Notes: generated by a model from the letters alone, not told the origin. A stretch of DNA of 64,000 nucleotides from Sulfurimonadaceae bacterium (GCA_041562555.1 JBFEXS010000001.1:1-64000), one strand, 5' to 3'; shown: positions 9,377 through 19,637, numbered from the stretch's first letter. A program made the numbers and translations.

Positions 9377-10297
9377 TTGAAGCAAACACTCCTTTTTTGG
9401 GGTGAGAAGTATCTCTTTTCACCCGGTCCCTTTGAAAGACTCCTCTCCTACCTGCTTTTGCCTCTGTCTTGGTTATATTGCTTTATTGTCTGGCGTAAAT
9501 ATAAAAATGCTGTCGAACAGGAGTTTGATATCCCTGTTGTGGGCATTGGAAACCTGATCGTCGGAGGCAGCGGAAAGACACCTTTGACGGTAGCCCTGGC
9601 TTCGCGTTATGAGAAGGCTGCTATCGTCCTGCGGGGATATGGACGTGATTCACACGGTCTGCATATTGTCTCCAACGGGGAAAAGCTTCTATGTGACGTT
9701 CGTACCAGCGGTGATGAAGCGATGCTTTATGCGACGCTGCTGCCTAAAGCCCTTGTCATTGTCAGTGAAGACAGGATAGAGGGGATTCAAAAAGCACAAT
9801 CGCTGGGTGCGAGGATAGTGTTTTTAGATGATGCTTACAGTAAACATTTCATCAAGAAACTCGATCTCTTGATCTTATCGGAGCAGAAAAACCGTTTCTG
9901 TCTGCCTTCGGGACCCTACAGAGAACGTTTATGGAAAGGTAAACAGGCGATTACCATCGAAGAGAACAGGGATTTTCATCGAAAGGTCAGCATTCATAAT
10001 GCACAGAGCAAAATGTGTCTGGTGACGGCAATCTCAAAACCCCAACGGCTGGATGCATATCTGGATGAGAGAGTGATCAAGAAAGTCTATTTCCCAGACC
10101 ATTATTCCTTCAGTAAGGAAGAACTTGAGAAAATTTTGAAAGAGTCGGGCGCCGATTCACTTCTGCTTACCCGTAAAGATGCCGTGAAAACACATGGTTT
10201 TGATATTGAACTCTCTTTTTTAGAGCTGGAACTCGATCTGAACCAAATGATACATCAGAGTGTGCAAGAATATGCTAAAATTTCGCCACTTAAATAG
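9377..10297 (+). CDS. lpxK: Tetraacyldisaccharide 4'-kinase
   Basis: GNLIVGGSGKTP, RGYG, GDEA, LDDA, LPSGPYRE. Confidence 0.95.
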   Translation: MKQTLLFWGEKYLFSPGPFERLLSYLLLPLSWLYCFIVWRKYKNAVEQEFDIPVVGIGNLIVGGSGKTPLTVALASRYEKAAIVLRGYGRDSHGLHIVSNGEKLLCDVRTSGDEAMLYATLLPKALVIVSEDRIEGIQKAQSLGARIVFLDDAYSKHFIKKLDLLILSEQKNRFCLPSGPYRERLWKGKQAITIEENRDFHRKVSIHNAQSKMCLVTAISKPQRLDAYLDERVIKKVYFPDHYSFSKEELEKILKESGADSLLLTRKDAVKTHGFDIELSFLELELDLNQMIHQSVQEYAKISPLK

Positions 10298-10309
10298 AGA
10301 GAATAGATA

Positions 10310-11161
10310 ATGCAAGCAAAGATTGATAAGGTCAAGACACTATTAGATGCGCTGCCTTTTATAAAAGAGTTTAATAAAGAGATCGTTGTGATCAAATACG
10401 GTGGTTCAGCCCAGACCGACCCCAAGCTTATAGAGAGTTTTGCACAGGATGTCCTTCTTCTGTATCTAGTAGGGATAAAGCCGGTTATCGTGCACGGAGG
10501 CGGAAAGAAAATTACAGATATGCTTGATAAGCTTAATATCCAGACGGAGTTTATTGATGGCCAGCGTGTAACGACACCTGAGGTGATGCGTATCGTCGAG
10601 ATGGTTTTAAGCGGTGAGATTAACAGCGGTATAGTCTCTTTACTCAACGCTCACAGTGCCAAAGCGATCGGTGTGAGTGGCAAAGATGCACATTTTATCT
10701 CAGCAGAACCGAAAGAGCATGCAAAATGGGGACTTACCGGGACGATAACAGAAGTAAAGGCAGATGTTATCCATAACCTGATAAATGAAAAGTTTGTACC
10801 GGTTATCGCTCCTATTGCTGCGGGTGAAGAGATGGGCCATCCCGGATATAACATCAACGCAGATTTCGCAGCCTCACAGGTTGCCAAAGCGATTGGTGCG
10901 AACAAGGTGATATTCCTAACAGACACTCCGGGTGTTCTGGATGCAAATAAGAAATTGTTGTCCACACTTAGCGAAGCAGAAGTAGAAGCGCTGAAAGCGG
11001 ACGGCACGATTAATGGGGGCATGGTTCCAAAGGTGGATGCCTGTCTTGAAGCGATCGATGGAGGGGTCTCCAAAGCACATATCATAGACGGCCGTGTCGA
11101 GCACTCGATGCTGCTCGAACTCTTTACCTCTGAGGGTATCGGAACGCAGATTACCCTTTAG
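10310..11161 (+). CDS. argB: Acetylglutamate kinase
   Basis: VIKYGG, VHGGG, NINAD, GGMVPKV, HIIDGR. Confidence 0.96.
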   Translation: MQAKIDKVKTLLDALPFIKEFNKEIVVIKYGGSAQTDPKLIESFAQDVLLLYLVGIKPVIVHGGGKKITDMLDKLNIQTEFIDGQRVTTPEVMRIVEMVLSGEINSGIVSLLNAHSAKAIGVSGKDAHFISAEPKEHAKWGLTGTITEVKADVIHNLINEKFVPVIAPIAAGEEMGHPGYNINADFAASQVAKAIGANKVIFLTDTPGVLDANKKLLSTLSEAEVEALKADGTINGGMVPKVDACLEAIDGGVSKAHIIDGRVEHSMLLELFTSEGIGTQITL

Positions 11162-11472
11162 TGATGATCATTGTCTATTGCAGTGTGCCGGATGAAGTTG
11201 TTGCACGGAGGATCTCCAGGGCTCTTGTCTCAGAAGGGTTGTGTGCCTGTGTAAGCCAGATTCCTAGACTTACATCCTATTATATCTATGCAGGTGAGTT
11301 CTGCGAAGATGAAGAACTCATGTTGCTGATCAAAACAGATGAACCTATGTTCGAGAGACTGGAAGTACGTATCAAAGAACTGCATCCGTATGAACTTCCT
11401 GAGATTATCGCAGTTCCGATTTCCCACGCTTCTGATGAATATGCCACCTGGCTGAAAGATGCACTGAAGTAG
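11161..11472 (+). CDS. cutA: Divalent-cation tolerance protein CutA
   Basis: LVSEGLCACV, LLIKT, HPYELPEII. Confidence 0.9.
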   Translation: MMIIVYCSVPDEVVARRISRALVSEGLCACVSQIPRLTSYYIYAGEFCEDEELMLLIKTDEPMFERLEVRIKELHPYELPEIIAVPISHASDEYATWLKDALK

Positions 11473-11620
11473 AGGATGCCCATAAATTGATATTCGCAGA
11501 TCCAAAAAAGTGTGAAAAAGTGAAATATATTTAAAACTTTGGCATAATATAATTCAAAATTACCCAAGCATTAGCCGTTTTTAACTATCCTAAATACGAA
11601 TATATGATGAAAGAAGATAG

Positions 11621-12601
11621 ATGAAGAAAATATACTCCCTTATAACCTTATTGATCTTAGTTGCAGGATGTGGTGACAAAGAACCTGAAGTTGTCGATCC
11701 TGTAAGCATAGCCCCCGAGATCACTTTGTTTAAGCAGTCTTTACCCGTTGAACAAAAAGTATTACAAAAGGCGTATAAAAAGATCACTCCAAAGATCGGA
11801 CTCTCCCATATGGGTGATCTGAAGGGAAAAAGTTATGGTGATGAGTTTGTTTTTGAGGAGAGTGAACTCCCATTTATTGAATATAAGTTTGAGAAACCCT
11901 ACATCATCAAAAAGGTGCACTTGAAACGAAGCGGCTTTGTGATTGACGGAGATGCCAGCAGTTCAAGTATAAAGAAGTTTGATATGTTGTTTTTGGATGC
12001 ACATAAGACCCCTCTGTATACCGGGGAACTTACAGCAGGAGAAACAGCTATTGATGATTTGAATAATGTCCAGGCAGACGGTTTTATTCTTAAGACACGC
12101 AGCGTTTATATTCCTGAATCAAAAGAGATCAGCGAAAATGATGTCATCGCGGCTTTTGACGGGCGTATTGAGGTCGAGGTGATCGATGCGGACTATATTT
12201 ATGATATTGTCGCTCCGGTATTGACAGACCGTGACTCTTCAACGAGTAACGAGGAGCTTTTAAAGACAATCGCATTGCTAAATACAGAGCTGTTCAAACG
12301 ACTGCGTATGCAGCGTAATGACTTCAACCTTCCGAGTACCTCTGTACTTTACCTGCCGGATGATGCCGATATGCACTACGCTATAGCACATACGGAAGAG
12401 GTGTACAAAACAGGTAAATACAAGACGATCAACGGTGAATATAAGATCCACATTTTTAATGAGCAGGCGGAGTTTAATTCCAAAGCGAAGATACAGGTCA
12501 AGGAACATAAGATAGAGATCAAAGGATCGGACCGAAACCTCAAGACGACAACACAGTTGCCTGAACATGAAGAGTTCATTGATTTTAGTGAAGGTCTGTG
12601 A
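11621..12601 (+). CDS. Uncharacterised lipoprotein, possible discoidin/galactose-binding-like domain
   Basis: Lipobox LVAG-C after a hydrophobic signal. The central segment (FIEYKFEKPYIIKKVHL...IKKFDMLF...ADGFILKTRSVY) resembles an F5/8-type beta-sandwich. Confidence 0.65.
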   Translation: MKKIYSLITLLILVAGCGDKEPEVVDPVSIAPEITLFKQSLPVEQKVLQKAYKKITPKIGLSHMGDLKGKSYGDEFVFEESELPFIEYKFEKPYIIKKVHLKRSGFVIDGDASSSSIKKFDMLFLDAHKTPLYTGELTAGETAIDDLNNVQADGFILKTRSVYIPESKEISENDVIAAFDGRIEVEVIDADYIYDIVAPVLTDRDSSTSNEELLKTIALLNTELFKRLRMQRNDFNLPSTSVLYLPDDADMHYAIAHTEEVYKTGKYKTINGEYKIHIFNEQAEFNSKAKIQVKEHKIEIKGSDRNLKTTTQLPEHEEFIDFSEGL

Positions 12602-14544
12602 TGCAATCTATTCAGCTTCCCAAAATGGGATTTTATTTTATGCTGGCATTGATCATTGCCAAATTGATCTACCTTGGGTTTGAATCCTATTATAATGGTT
12701 TCGTCATCGATGTCGTGACCTCTACCCACGTTGATAAGGACCTTCTGGAAAAGCTTGAACGCTTCGGAAACCGGGTTAGTTCTGTGGGGATCACACTCTT
12801 GCTTATCCCCTTGTATTATCTTGTGGTCAAGAAGTTCTTCGAATTCCATCAGGGTGTTATGGTGATTGTCATAGTCATTTTGACGATATCTACCTACTAT
12901 GGGATCCATAAAGGGCTTAATCGGGCAGTCTTTGAGATTGTAAAACAGAATAAAGACAAGCGATATGAGTCCTATTATATTGAGCTGTTTAAATATGGGA
13001 TGCTTACGGGTAAGTTGGGGTACTCTTCATTTATTCCCAAGGAGAACCTTGAGAACCTCTCTATTTATGACAAGGTGATGATCTCAAACCTTTTCTTGCT
13101 GACTCAGATCGATAAAGACCTGATAAAAAAGTTCGTTTCCCGGGGTAAAGAGAGCTTTTTTGACATCTATATTCATAAATATTTTCAAGAAGACTATAAT
13201 CAGGCCCGATACCGTTTTGAGGATATGGCACTGCGTATTCAGGAAGATTGGGATATTTATAGTGATGGCATTACAGAAATCAATAGAGAGTTCTCTAAGA
13301 TCGAGTCTCCTCAGCAGTTGGATGAGAAATACAAGAAGTTTACAAAGGAGCTTAAGCGGGAATATACGAAGTATCGTATCAATATCCGTCAATATACGAA
13401 TATCCTTAATGCAAACCTTGCACAATCACCGGAGTTGAACCGTGAACTGATCAGCTATTTCATCAAAGATGGTTCGATCATGGGTAAAAGCGAGTATGAG
13501 AATATCATGCAAAGATATTTCGGTCATGATATCAATCCAAGACGTTGGTGTGAGGGCGGGGTATGTCCATCTACACGTATGGTTGCGAAGGTCATTGAGG
13601 AGGAAACACTTTCCAAATGGAATAAAGAGCATGGCGAACTGCCTTTAAACCTGTCTCAAAAACAGTTCTTCAAACATCCGATCATCCGCAAGCGTATTGT
13701 CAATAGACTGCGTAGTGAAGGAATCGATGTCAAACGCACGTTTAATTACTCAAAACAGGAATATATCGCAGGGTATATGAAGACTGTAGACGGTGAGTTT
13801 CAAAAACAGAAGAGTCTGCTGCAGAAGGATTTTGCGAAAAAAACGGGTATTCGTAACGTCAAGCTGGGACTCTCTTTCGAACAGTTTGCTTCACAGTATA
13901 AAAAAGAGATCATGGCACAGTACAAAGAGAAAAAGTATGGGAATATCATGTTTCAGATGATTCTTGAAGGGGACCTTACAGGTTTTTATGAACGTCTATA
14001 CAAACCGATGCTTCGCTCAAAATACTACGATCAGGCCTTTCCTGAAGTCGAGGACTTTGATGTCAAGCTTGCCGAGTACGGGGATTCGGCGATCAAGATG
14101 CTCTATATCCCTCCTTTTGCTATATTCATGTCTTTGGTAGCAGGTCTGTTGAATATCGTTTCGGTGATTGTTTTGATGATTTTCCTTGCATTCCACCGTG
14201 ATGCTTCTGTCAAGATGTTTATTGCCAAGTTGGCGACAAAACTGATCATCTTCTCGGCGTTGGTCTACCTTCCGTATATGGTAGGAAAGAACAAGGATAT
14301 CCTCGCACCATATACAGTGCTTGAAACCTTCAAGGGATCTGCATATGACCCATATATGCGTACGCTTAATTGGTTGTTGATTGTTGAATCGATCAATTAC
14401 AATACCTTCTATTCATTATTGATGAACACAGGGTTGTTTACAAGTGTAGAGGACGATTATGAGGCAAAACAGGTGATGCATAGTGTTGCCCGAGAGTTAA
14501 CGGGCCTTAATAAAAGTGCTAAAGAGAAATATCTGGGGCATTGA
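12598..14544 (+). CDS. Uncharacterised polytopic membrane protein with a large soluble loop
   Basis: 648 aa with 3 N-terminal and 2-3 C-terminal TM segments around a ~400-aa Lys/Glu-rich loop. GTGA overlap with the upstream gene. Confidence 0.8.
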   Translation: MMQSIQLPKMGFYFMLALIIAKLIYLGFESYYNGFVIDVVTSTHVDKDLLEKLERFGNRVSSVGITLLLIPLYYLVVKKFFEFHQGVMVIVIVILTISTYYGIHKGLNRAVFEIVKQNKDKRYESYYIELFKYGMLTGKLGYSSFIPKENLENLSIYDKVMISNLFLLTQIDKDLIKKFVSRGKESFFDIYIHKYFQEDYNQARYRFEDMALRIQEDWDIYSDGITEINREFSKIESPQQLDEKYKKFTKELKREYTKYRINIRQYTNILNANLAQSPELNRELISYFIKDGSIMGKSEYENIMQRYFGHDINPRRWCEGGVCPSTRMVAKVIEEETLSKWNKEHGELPLNLSQKQFFKHPIIRKRIVNRLRSEGIDVKRTFNYSKQEYIAGYMKTVDGEFQKQKSLLQKDFAKKTGIRNVKLGLSFEQFASQYKKEIMAQYKEKKYGNIMFQMILEGDLTGFYERLYKPMLRSKYYDQAFPEVEDFDVKLAEYGDSAIKMLYIPPFAIFMSLVAGLLNIVSVIVLMIFLAFHRDASVKMFIAKLATKLIIFSALVYLPYMVGKNKDILAPYTVLETFKGSAYDPYMRTLNWLLIVESINYNTFYSLLMNTGLFTSVEDDYEAKQVMHSVARELTGLNKSAKEKYLGH

Positions 14545-14640
14545 GAACAGTTTTAAAGGTGCTTTTGGCACCTGGGATACTCAATATTTGCTCCTTTTTT
14601 AACTTACGCTATAATTTCAAAAAAAATTTGATGGATATAT

Positions 14641-16110
14641 ATGAACTTTATTGAAACACGTGGTAATGATAGTAAACGTCCCTATAATGTCAGCTTTTCA
14701 CAGGCAATTTTAAGCCCTATCGCTTCTTTTGGAGGACTCTATGTGCCTCTAAAGCTTCCTGACCTCGGGCAAGTCTTCTTGGAAAAGCATCTTCAATCAA
14801 GTTATAAAGTGATGGCAATGGATATGCTTCGTGCCTTTGGTATCGATATTGAGCCAGATGTTTTGTATGAAGCATTGGATTTATATGATGCATTTGATGA
14901 TGCTTCCAATCCTGTACCTGTTGTGAAAGTTCAAGAAAACCTCTATGTAAGCGAGTTGTATCACGGTCCCACACGTGCATTCAAAGATATGGCACTTCAA
15001 CCTTTCGGTGTTGTCCTCTCATCGATTGCCCAGCAAAGGAATGAAAAGTATCTGATTCTTGCTGCGACAAGCGGAGATACCGGTCCTGCCGCTTTAGAAA
15101 CATTTAAAGACCGTGCCAATGTACAGGTCGCCTGCCTTTATCCTGACGGCGGGACATCCGACGTACAACGCCTGCAAATGGTGACAGAAGATGCCGGTAA
15201 TTTAAAAGTGATCGGTATCAAAGGTGATTTTGATGATGCGCAGAATGCTTTGAAGCGCCTTTTGGATTCTGAAAGTTTTAAAGCCAAGCTAAAAGAAGAC
15301 CATATATCTCTTTCTGCAGCTAACTCTGTAAACTTTGGTCGTATCATCTTCCAAATCATCTATCATATTCATTCTTATCTTGAACTGGTGCGTCAGGGTG
15401 AAGCAAAAATGGGTGAGAAGGTTTATCTGAATGTTCCAAGTGGTAACTTCGGCAATGCCCTGGGCGGATATTATGCGATGAAAATGGGATTGCCTGTTGA
15501 GAAGATTATTATCGCATCTAATGAGAACAATGTTCTTACACGTCTGATCAATGATGGTAAGTATGATCTTAGAAACTCGTCTGTCGTATCGACAACATCA
15601 CCGGCAATGGATATTTTGAAATCTTCAAATGTAGAACGTATCTTGTTTGATATGTTTGGTGCCAAGCGTACTAAGGAGTTGATGACATCACTGCAAGAGC
15701 AGAACTTCTATGAGTTGACTGAAGAAGAGTTGTATACACTTCAGACGGTATTTTCTGCTGATTTCTGTAACGGTGATGAAGGTAAAGCATATATCAAGAG
15801 AGCGTTTGAAAACGGATACTTGATGGATCCGCATACGGCAACGTGTTTTAAAGCCTATGAGACATGTGCCAAGCCGGGTATTAAGACGATCGCTTACTCT
15901 ACGGCAGAATGGACGAAGTTCTCTCCAACAATTGCTAACGCACTGACGGGTGAAGTAGATGCTCACGATATTGATGCACTTAAATCAATATCGGCGAAAG
16001 CCAAGGTTCAGATCCCTGATATGATCCATGCACTTTTTGATAAAGATGTCGTGCAAACGACCATTATCAACAAAGAAGAGATTGAAGAAGAGATCCTCTC
16101 TTTTGTATAG
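14641..16110 (+). CDS. thrC: Threonine synthase
   Basis: ELYHGPTRAFKD, ATSGDTG, ANSVNFGR, VPSGNFGN, DPHTA. Confidence 0.96.
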   Translation: MNFIETRGNDSKRPYNVSFSQAILSPIASFGGLYVPLKLPDLGQVFLEKHLQSSYKVMAMDMLRAFGIDIEPDVLYEALDLYDAFDDASNPVPVVKVQENLYVSELYHGPTRAFKDMALQPFGVVLSSIAQQRNEKYLILAATSGDTGPAALETFKDRANVQVACLYPDGGTSDVQRLQMVTEDAGNLKVIGIKGDFDDAQNALKRLLDSESFKAKLKEDHISLSAANSVNFGRIIFQIIYHIHSYLELVRQGEAKMGEKVYLNVPSGNFGNALGGYYAMKMGLPVEKIIIASNENNVLTRLINDGKYDLRNSSVVSTTSPAMDILKSSNVERILFDMFGAKRTKELMTSLQEQNFYELTEEELYTLQTVFSADFCNGDEGKAYIKRAFENGYLMDPHTATCFKAYETCAKPGIKTIAYSTAEWTKFSPTIANALTGEVDAHDIDALKSISAKAKVQIPDMIHALFDKDVVQTTIINKEEIEEEILSFV

Positions 16111-16112
16111 GT

Positions 16113-16133
16113 AGTAGAGCCTTAGGCTCTACT
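16113..16133. terminator. Hairpin between convergent genes
   Basis: AGTAGAGCC-tta-GGCTCTACT, a perfect 9-bp inverted repeat right after the thrC stop. Confidence 0.65.
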
Positions 16134-16230
16134 GGTTTCTATGAAGCGGATGTTGATAATCATTACGCTCGCAGGCTCCTGTCATCAACCCCATAATAAC
16201 CAAAGCGACTGCTAGGATAACTTTATTCAT
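16129..16230 (-). CDS. 33-aa small lipoprotein (absent from the ORF track)
   Basis: Manual translation MNKVILAVALVIMGLMTGA-CERNDYQHPLHRNQ*; start overlaps the ppk2 stop (ATGATG). Confidence 0.7.
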   Translation of the reverse strand: MNKVILAVALVIMGLMTGACERNDYQHPLHRNQ

Positions 16231-17168
16231 CATTTATCTTCCTTTAATTGTTTCTTTTTTTCTGCTGCTTGATGCATTAGTTTTAATTCATCGCAACCAT
16301 GGATAAGTATATCGTCATCTACGTCAAGTTCTAAAGGCTCTGTTTTGTTAGGATAGTCGACTTGTTGCAAGATATATTTGATGGCATTGATCCTCGCTTC
16401 TTTTTTATTATTTGAGCGTATGATGATCCAAGGTGCGTGTGCTGTGTCTGTCTCCTCGAGCATCTTTAGTTTTGCCTTGGTGTATTCTTCCCATAACCCT
16501 TGTGCCTGCTCATCGACGGGTGAAATTTTATATTGTTTCAAGGGGTCGTTCTTACGCTCATCAAAACGACGTGCCTGCTCTTTTTTACCTACCGAGAAAT
16601 AGAACTTGATAAGGATTGTTCCTGAATTTATCTGCATCTTCTCAAATGCCGGGACTTCCTGTAAAAACTCGTCCCGTTGCGCTGGGGTACAAAAGTTCAT
16701 GACAGGTTCGACCATGGCCCGGTTATACCATGATCTGTCAAAAAGCACGATCTCACCCGCTGATGGCAGGTGTTGTACATATCTCTGGAAATACCATTGG
16801 GACTTTTCAACATCCGAGGGTTGCGACAGGGCGACTATTCTTGCACCGCGGGGATTGAGGTGTTCCGTAATACGTTTGATAGTCCCGCCTTTTCCTGCAG
16901 CGTCTCTTCCTTCAAATAGGATGAGTAGTTTAAGACCTTGGTCTTTGATATGGTTCTGAAGCTTTAGCAGTTCGATTTGCAGAGTCTTTAGCTCTTTTTC
17001 ATAAGCGAGTGTCTCTTTCTTTATCCATACTGCAACACGGTTCTTTTTGATCCGCTTCTCTTTTTTGCCTTTTCGTCCGGACGTACTTCGGCGTTCTGTG
17101 TGGGTATTGTATTCGATGGCTTCTTTACTGGTAAAATCATCATCGATCATATCATGTTCGCGGCTCAT
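16230..17168 (-). CDS. ppk2: Polyphosphate kinase 2
   Basis: FEGRDAAGKGG, WYFQRY, FDRSWYNR, APWIII. Confidence 0.96.
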   Translation of the reverse strand: MSREHDMIDDDFTSKEAIEYNTHTERRSTSGRKGKKEKRIKKNRVAVWIKKETLAYEKELKTLQIELLKLQNHIKDQGLKLLILFEGRDAAGKGGTIKRITEHLNPRGARIVALSQPSDVEKSQWYFQRYVQHLPSAGEIVLFDRSWYNRAMVEPVMNFCTPAQRDEFLQEVPAFEKMQINSGTILIKFYFSVGKKEQARRFDERKNDPLKQYKISPVDEQAQGLWEEYTKAKLKMLEETDTAHAPWIIIRSNNKKEARINAIKYILQQVDYPNKTEPLELDVDDDILIHGCDELKLMHQAAEKKKQLKEDK

Positions 17169-17423
17169 AGGTACTACTTTTTTTGATTTCTTATTTTAGG
17201 GTAGTCTAAAGCGGCTTAAACCTGTGTAAAAATTGTTTTACTCCTGTTTTCCCTGGTTAAACACCCCTTGCAACTTAATGATATAGATTAATCGTATAAA
17301 TTCACATACATTACACAAGAGTGGGTTATAATCTAAGACTTAATATGATTTAAATGTATGGCATATATTTAAATAGAGTTAATTCTTTATTGGATAGAAT
17401 ATCGTTTTTATAAGGAACTTACT

Positions 17424-19217
17424 ATGAGATTTTTAATACTGTTTTTTAGTTTACTGGTTGCCACACACTCTTCTTTATCAGCACAGAATAGTTTTTTGAG
17501 TTTGGAAGATGCATTTATCTTGAGTGCAAAAGTGGAAAAAAATAGTGTGAAGGTTGAGTTTGCCTTAGCGGATGATATTTATGTGTATCAAGAACAGGTT
17601 TCCGTGGAGCTTGCGAAGAGTGATGATGTAGCACTGGGTGATTACGTACTTCCAGCCGGGCATGAACATGATGGAGAATCGGTCTATTTTAATGGACAGG
17701 TCATCAATATTCCTTTAGTGAAGTCAACAGATGCTACCGGATTACGTGCGATCACGCTGAGTGTCAACTATCAGGGCTGTTCTGAAAAGGGACTGTGCTA
17801 CGAGCCGAGTACGGAAGTCTTCAATCTGGAAATCGATCTTTCAGATTTGTCATCCGCAGGTGGGAAAAGTTCACAGGATATTACGCAGAAAAGTTCTGTA
17901 AGCCAAGATGAAACGGTCTTAGAAGACGATGACCCGATTACGGCACTTCTTTCCGGCGGTAATGTTTTGTATATCATCGGCGGTTTCTTTCTCTTTGGTC
18001 TCTTGTTATCCCTGACTCCCTGTGTCTTTCCTATGGTGCCTATCTTGTCAAGTGTTATTGTCTCTCACGGTTCGGAAGTGACCACAAAAAAAGCTTTTCT
18101 GCTTTCTATGGTTTATGTTCAGGCTATGGCGATCACATATACGATTGCAGGAATCGTTGCAGGCCTTTCTGGAGCCGGAGTTCAAGCAGCATTTCAGACC
18201 CCATGGGTGATTGCTGTCTTTGCGGGAGTATTCGTTTTACTGGCATTATCGATGTTTGGTCTTTTTGAGATCCAGATGCCGCAATCCCTTCAGTCCTATT
18301 TGAACCGTAAGTCGGAAGGAAGTGGAAAAGGGTATACCTCCATCGCCATCATGGGATTGTTGTCAGCCCTGATTGTCGGGCCTTGTGTTGCCGCACCACT
18401 GGCAGCAGCTCTGGGTTTCATCTCTCAGACAGGAGATGCATTTTTAGGCGGGATCGCCTTGTATGCACTCTCCATGGGTATGGGGGTTCCTCTCTTGATC
18501 GTTGGTACCGGTGCCGGTAGGTTTATGCCAAAGCCTGGTCCATGGATGGATGCTGTCAAGACGATCTTTGGTGTATTGATGCTGGCGGTTGCGATCTGGA
18601 TGTTAAGCCGCATACTTGATGCAAGTGTGACGATGTTCTTATGGTCGGCTCTTGTGATGTTTGTCTCAGTGAGTATAGGTGCTTTCGAACCGAAAGGAGA
18701 GACCTATTGCAACCCATGTTATGCAGCGACCAAGAGTCTCGGTCTTCTCTCTTTTTTAATGGCAGTCTTTTTATTGATCGGTGCAATCACAGGGGCAGCG
18801 AACCTTCTTAACCCTCTGGAAAAACTTATGCCTTCGACCTCTGTAGTACAGTCAACTGCAGCAGCAAAGCAAGAAAACAGTTTCACTAAGGTGCACTCCA
18901 TAGCAGAACTTGAAGCGCAGATAGCCAAAGCCAAGGGGAAAAAGATCATGCTTGATTTTTATGCGGATTGGTGTACCTCATGCAAGGAACTGGAACATAT
19001 GACTTTTTCGGATGCCAGGGTCAAGGAGGCGTGGAAGGATTATTTCCTTATCCAGGCTGATGTGACTGAAAATACAGAGGATGAAAAAGCTTTGAGTAAA
19101 AAGTTCGGTCTTTTTGGACCTCCTGCACTTATCTTTTACGATGAGAATGGCAAAGAGATCAAATCCAAACGTACGATAGGCTTTATTCCTGCAGACGAAC
19201 TGTTAGGTAAGCTATAA
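17424..19217 (+). CDS. dsbD: Thiol:disulfide interchange protein DsbD
   Basis: Alpha domain QGC-x5-C, TM cysteines in TPCVFP and GPCVAAP, thioredoxin domain FYADWCTSC. Confidence 0.95.
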   Translation: MRFLILFFSLLVATHSSLSAQNSFLSLEDAFILSAKVEKNSVKVEFALADDIYVYQEQVSVELAKSDDVALGDYVLPAGHEHDGESVYFNGQVINIPLVKSTDATGLRAITLSVNYQGCSEKGLCYEPSTEVFNLEIDLSDLSSAGGKSSQDITQKSSVSQDETVLEDDDPITALLSGGNVLYIIGGFFLFGLLLSLTPCVFPMVPILSSVIVSHGSEVTTKKAFLLSMVYVQAMAITYTIAGIVAGLSGAGVQAAFQTPWVIAVFAGVFVLLALSMFGLFEIQMPQSLQSYLNRKSEGSGKGYTSIAIMGLLSALIVGPCVAAPLAAALGFISQTGDAFLGGIALYALSMGMGVPLLIVGTGAGRFMPKPGPWMDAVKTIFGVLMLAVAIWMLSRILDASVTMFLWSALVMFVSVSIGAFEPKGETYCNPCYAATKSLGLLSFLMAVFLLIGAITGAANLLNPLEKLMPSTSVVQSTAAAKQENSFTKVHSIAELEAQIAKAKGKKIMLDFYADWCTSCKELEHMTFSDARVKEAWKDYFLIQADVTENTEDEKALSKKFGLFGPPALIFYDENGKEIKSKRTIGFIPADELLGKL

Positions 19218-19220
19218 GAT

Positions 19221-19637
19221 ATGAAACTGGTTTCTCTTGTATTGGCTCTTGGTCTAAGTGTCTCTTCACTTGTGGCTGAGCCCAATTGGTCTCACTCATA
19301 TGTAGAGGTAAAAAGCATTGCACAAAAAGAAAGCAAAGCTATCATGATTATGATCTCAAAAGAGGGGTGTGACGCCTGCTGGTATATGGAGAATATCGTC
19401 TTTGAAGATACAAAATTAAAAGCACTGGTTATGAATAGTTTTATCCCACTCTATTTGGACGTTAACAATGATGAAATCCCTTCTGAGCTGCATTATATAG
19501 GGACACCCACCTTTTATTTCATGACGGCCAAGGGAGAAAAAATAGGACATCGTATCAATGGTGCCAGTAATGTGAAAGATTTCACTCAAAAAGTAGAAGG
19601 GATTTTAGAAACAATCAAAGAAAATACGAAGCCTTAA
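19221..19637 (+). CDS. Periplasmic thioredoxin-fold protein (SoxW-like)
   Basis: Signal peptide, CDAC, GTPTFYF. Confidence 0.8.
   Translation: MKLVSLVLALGLSVSSLVAEPNWSHSYVEVKSIAQKESKAIMIMISKEGCDACWYMENIVFEDTKLKALVMNSFIPLYLDVNNDEIPSELHYIGTPTFYFMTAKGEKIGHRINGASNVKDFTQKVEGILETIKENTKP

Noticed and set aside
14565..14582. Sigma54-like TTGGCAC
   Set aside because: No TTGC at the -12 position; the sequence is part of a short hairpin.
16154..16168. Partial Fur-like sequence TGATAATCATTAC
   Set aside because: It lies inside the small lipoprotein ORF between convergent genes, far from any promoter, and the right half is degenerate.
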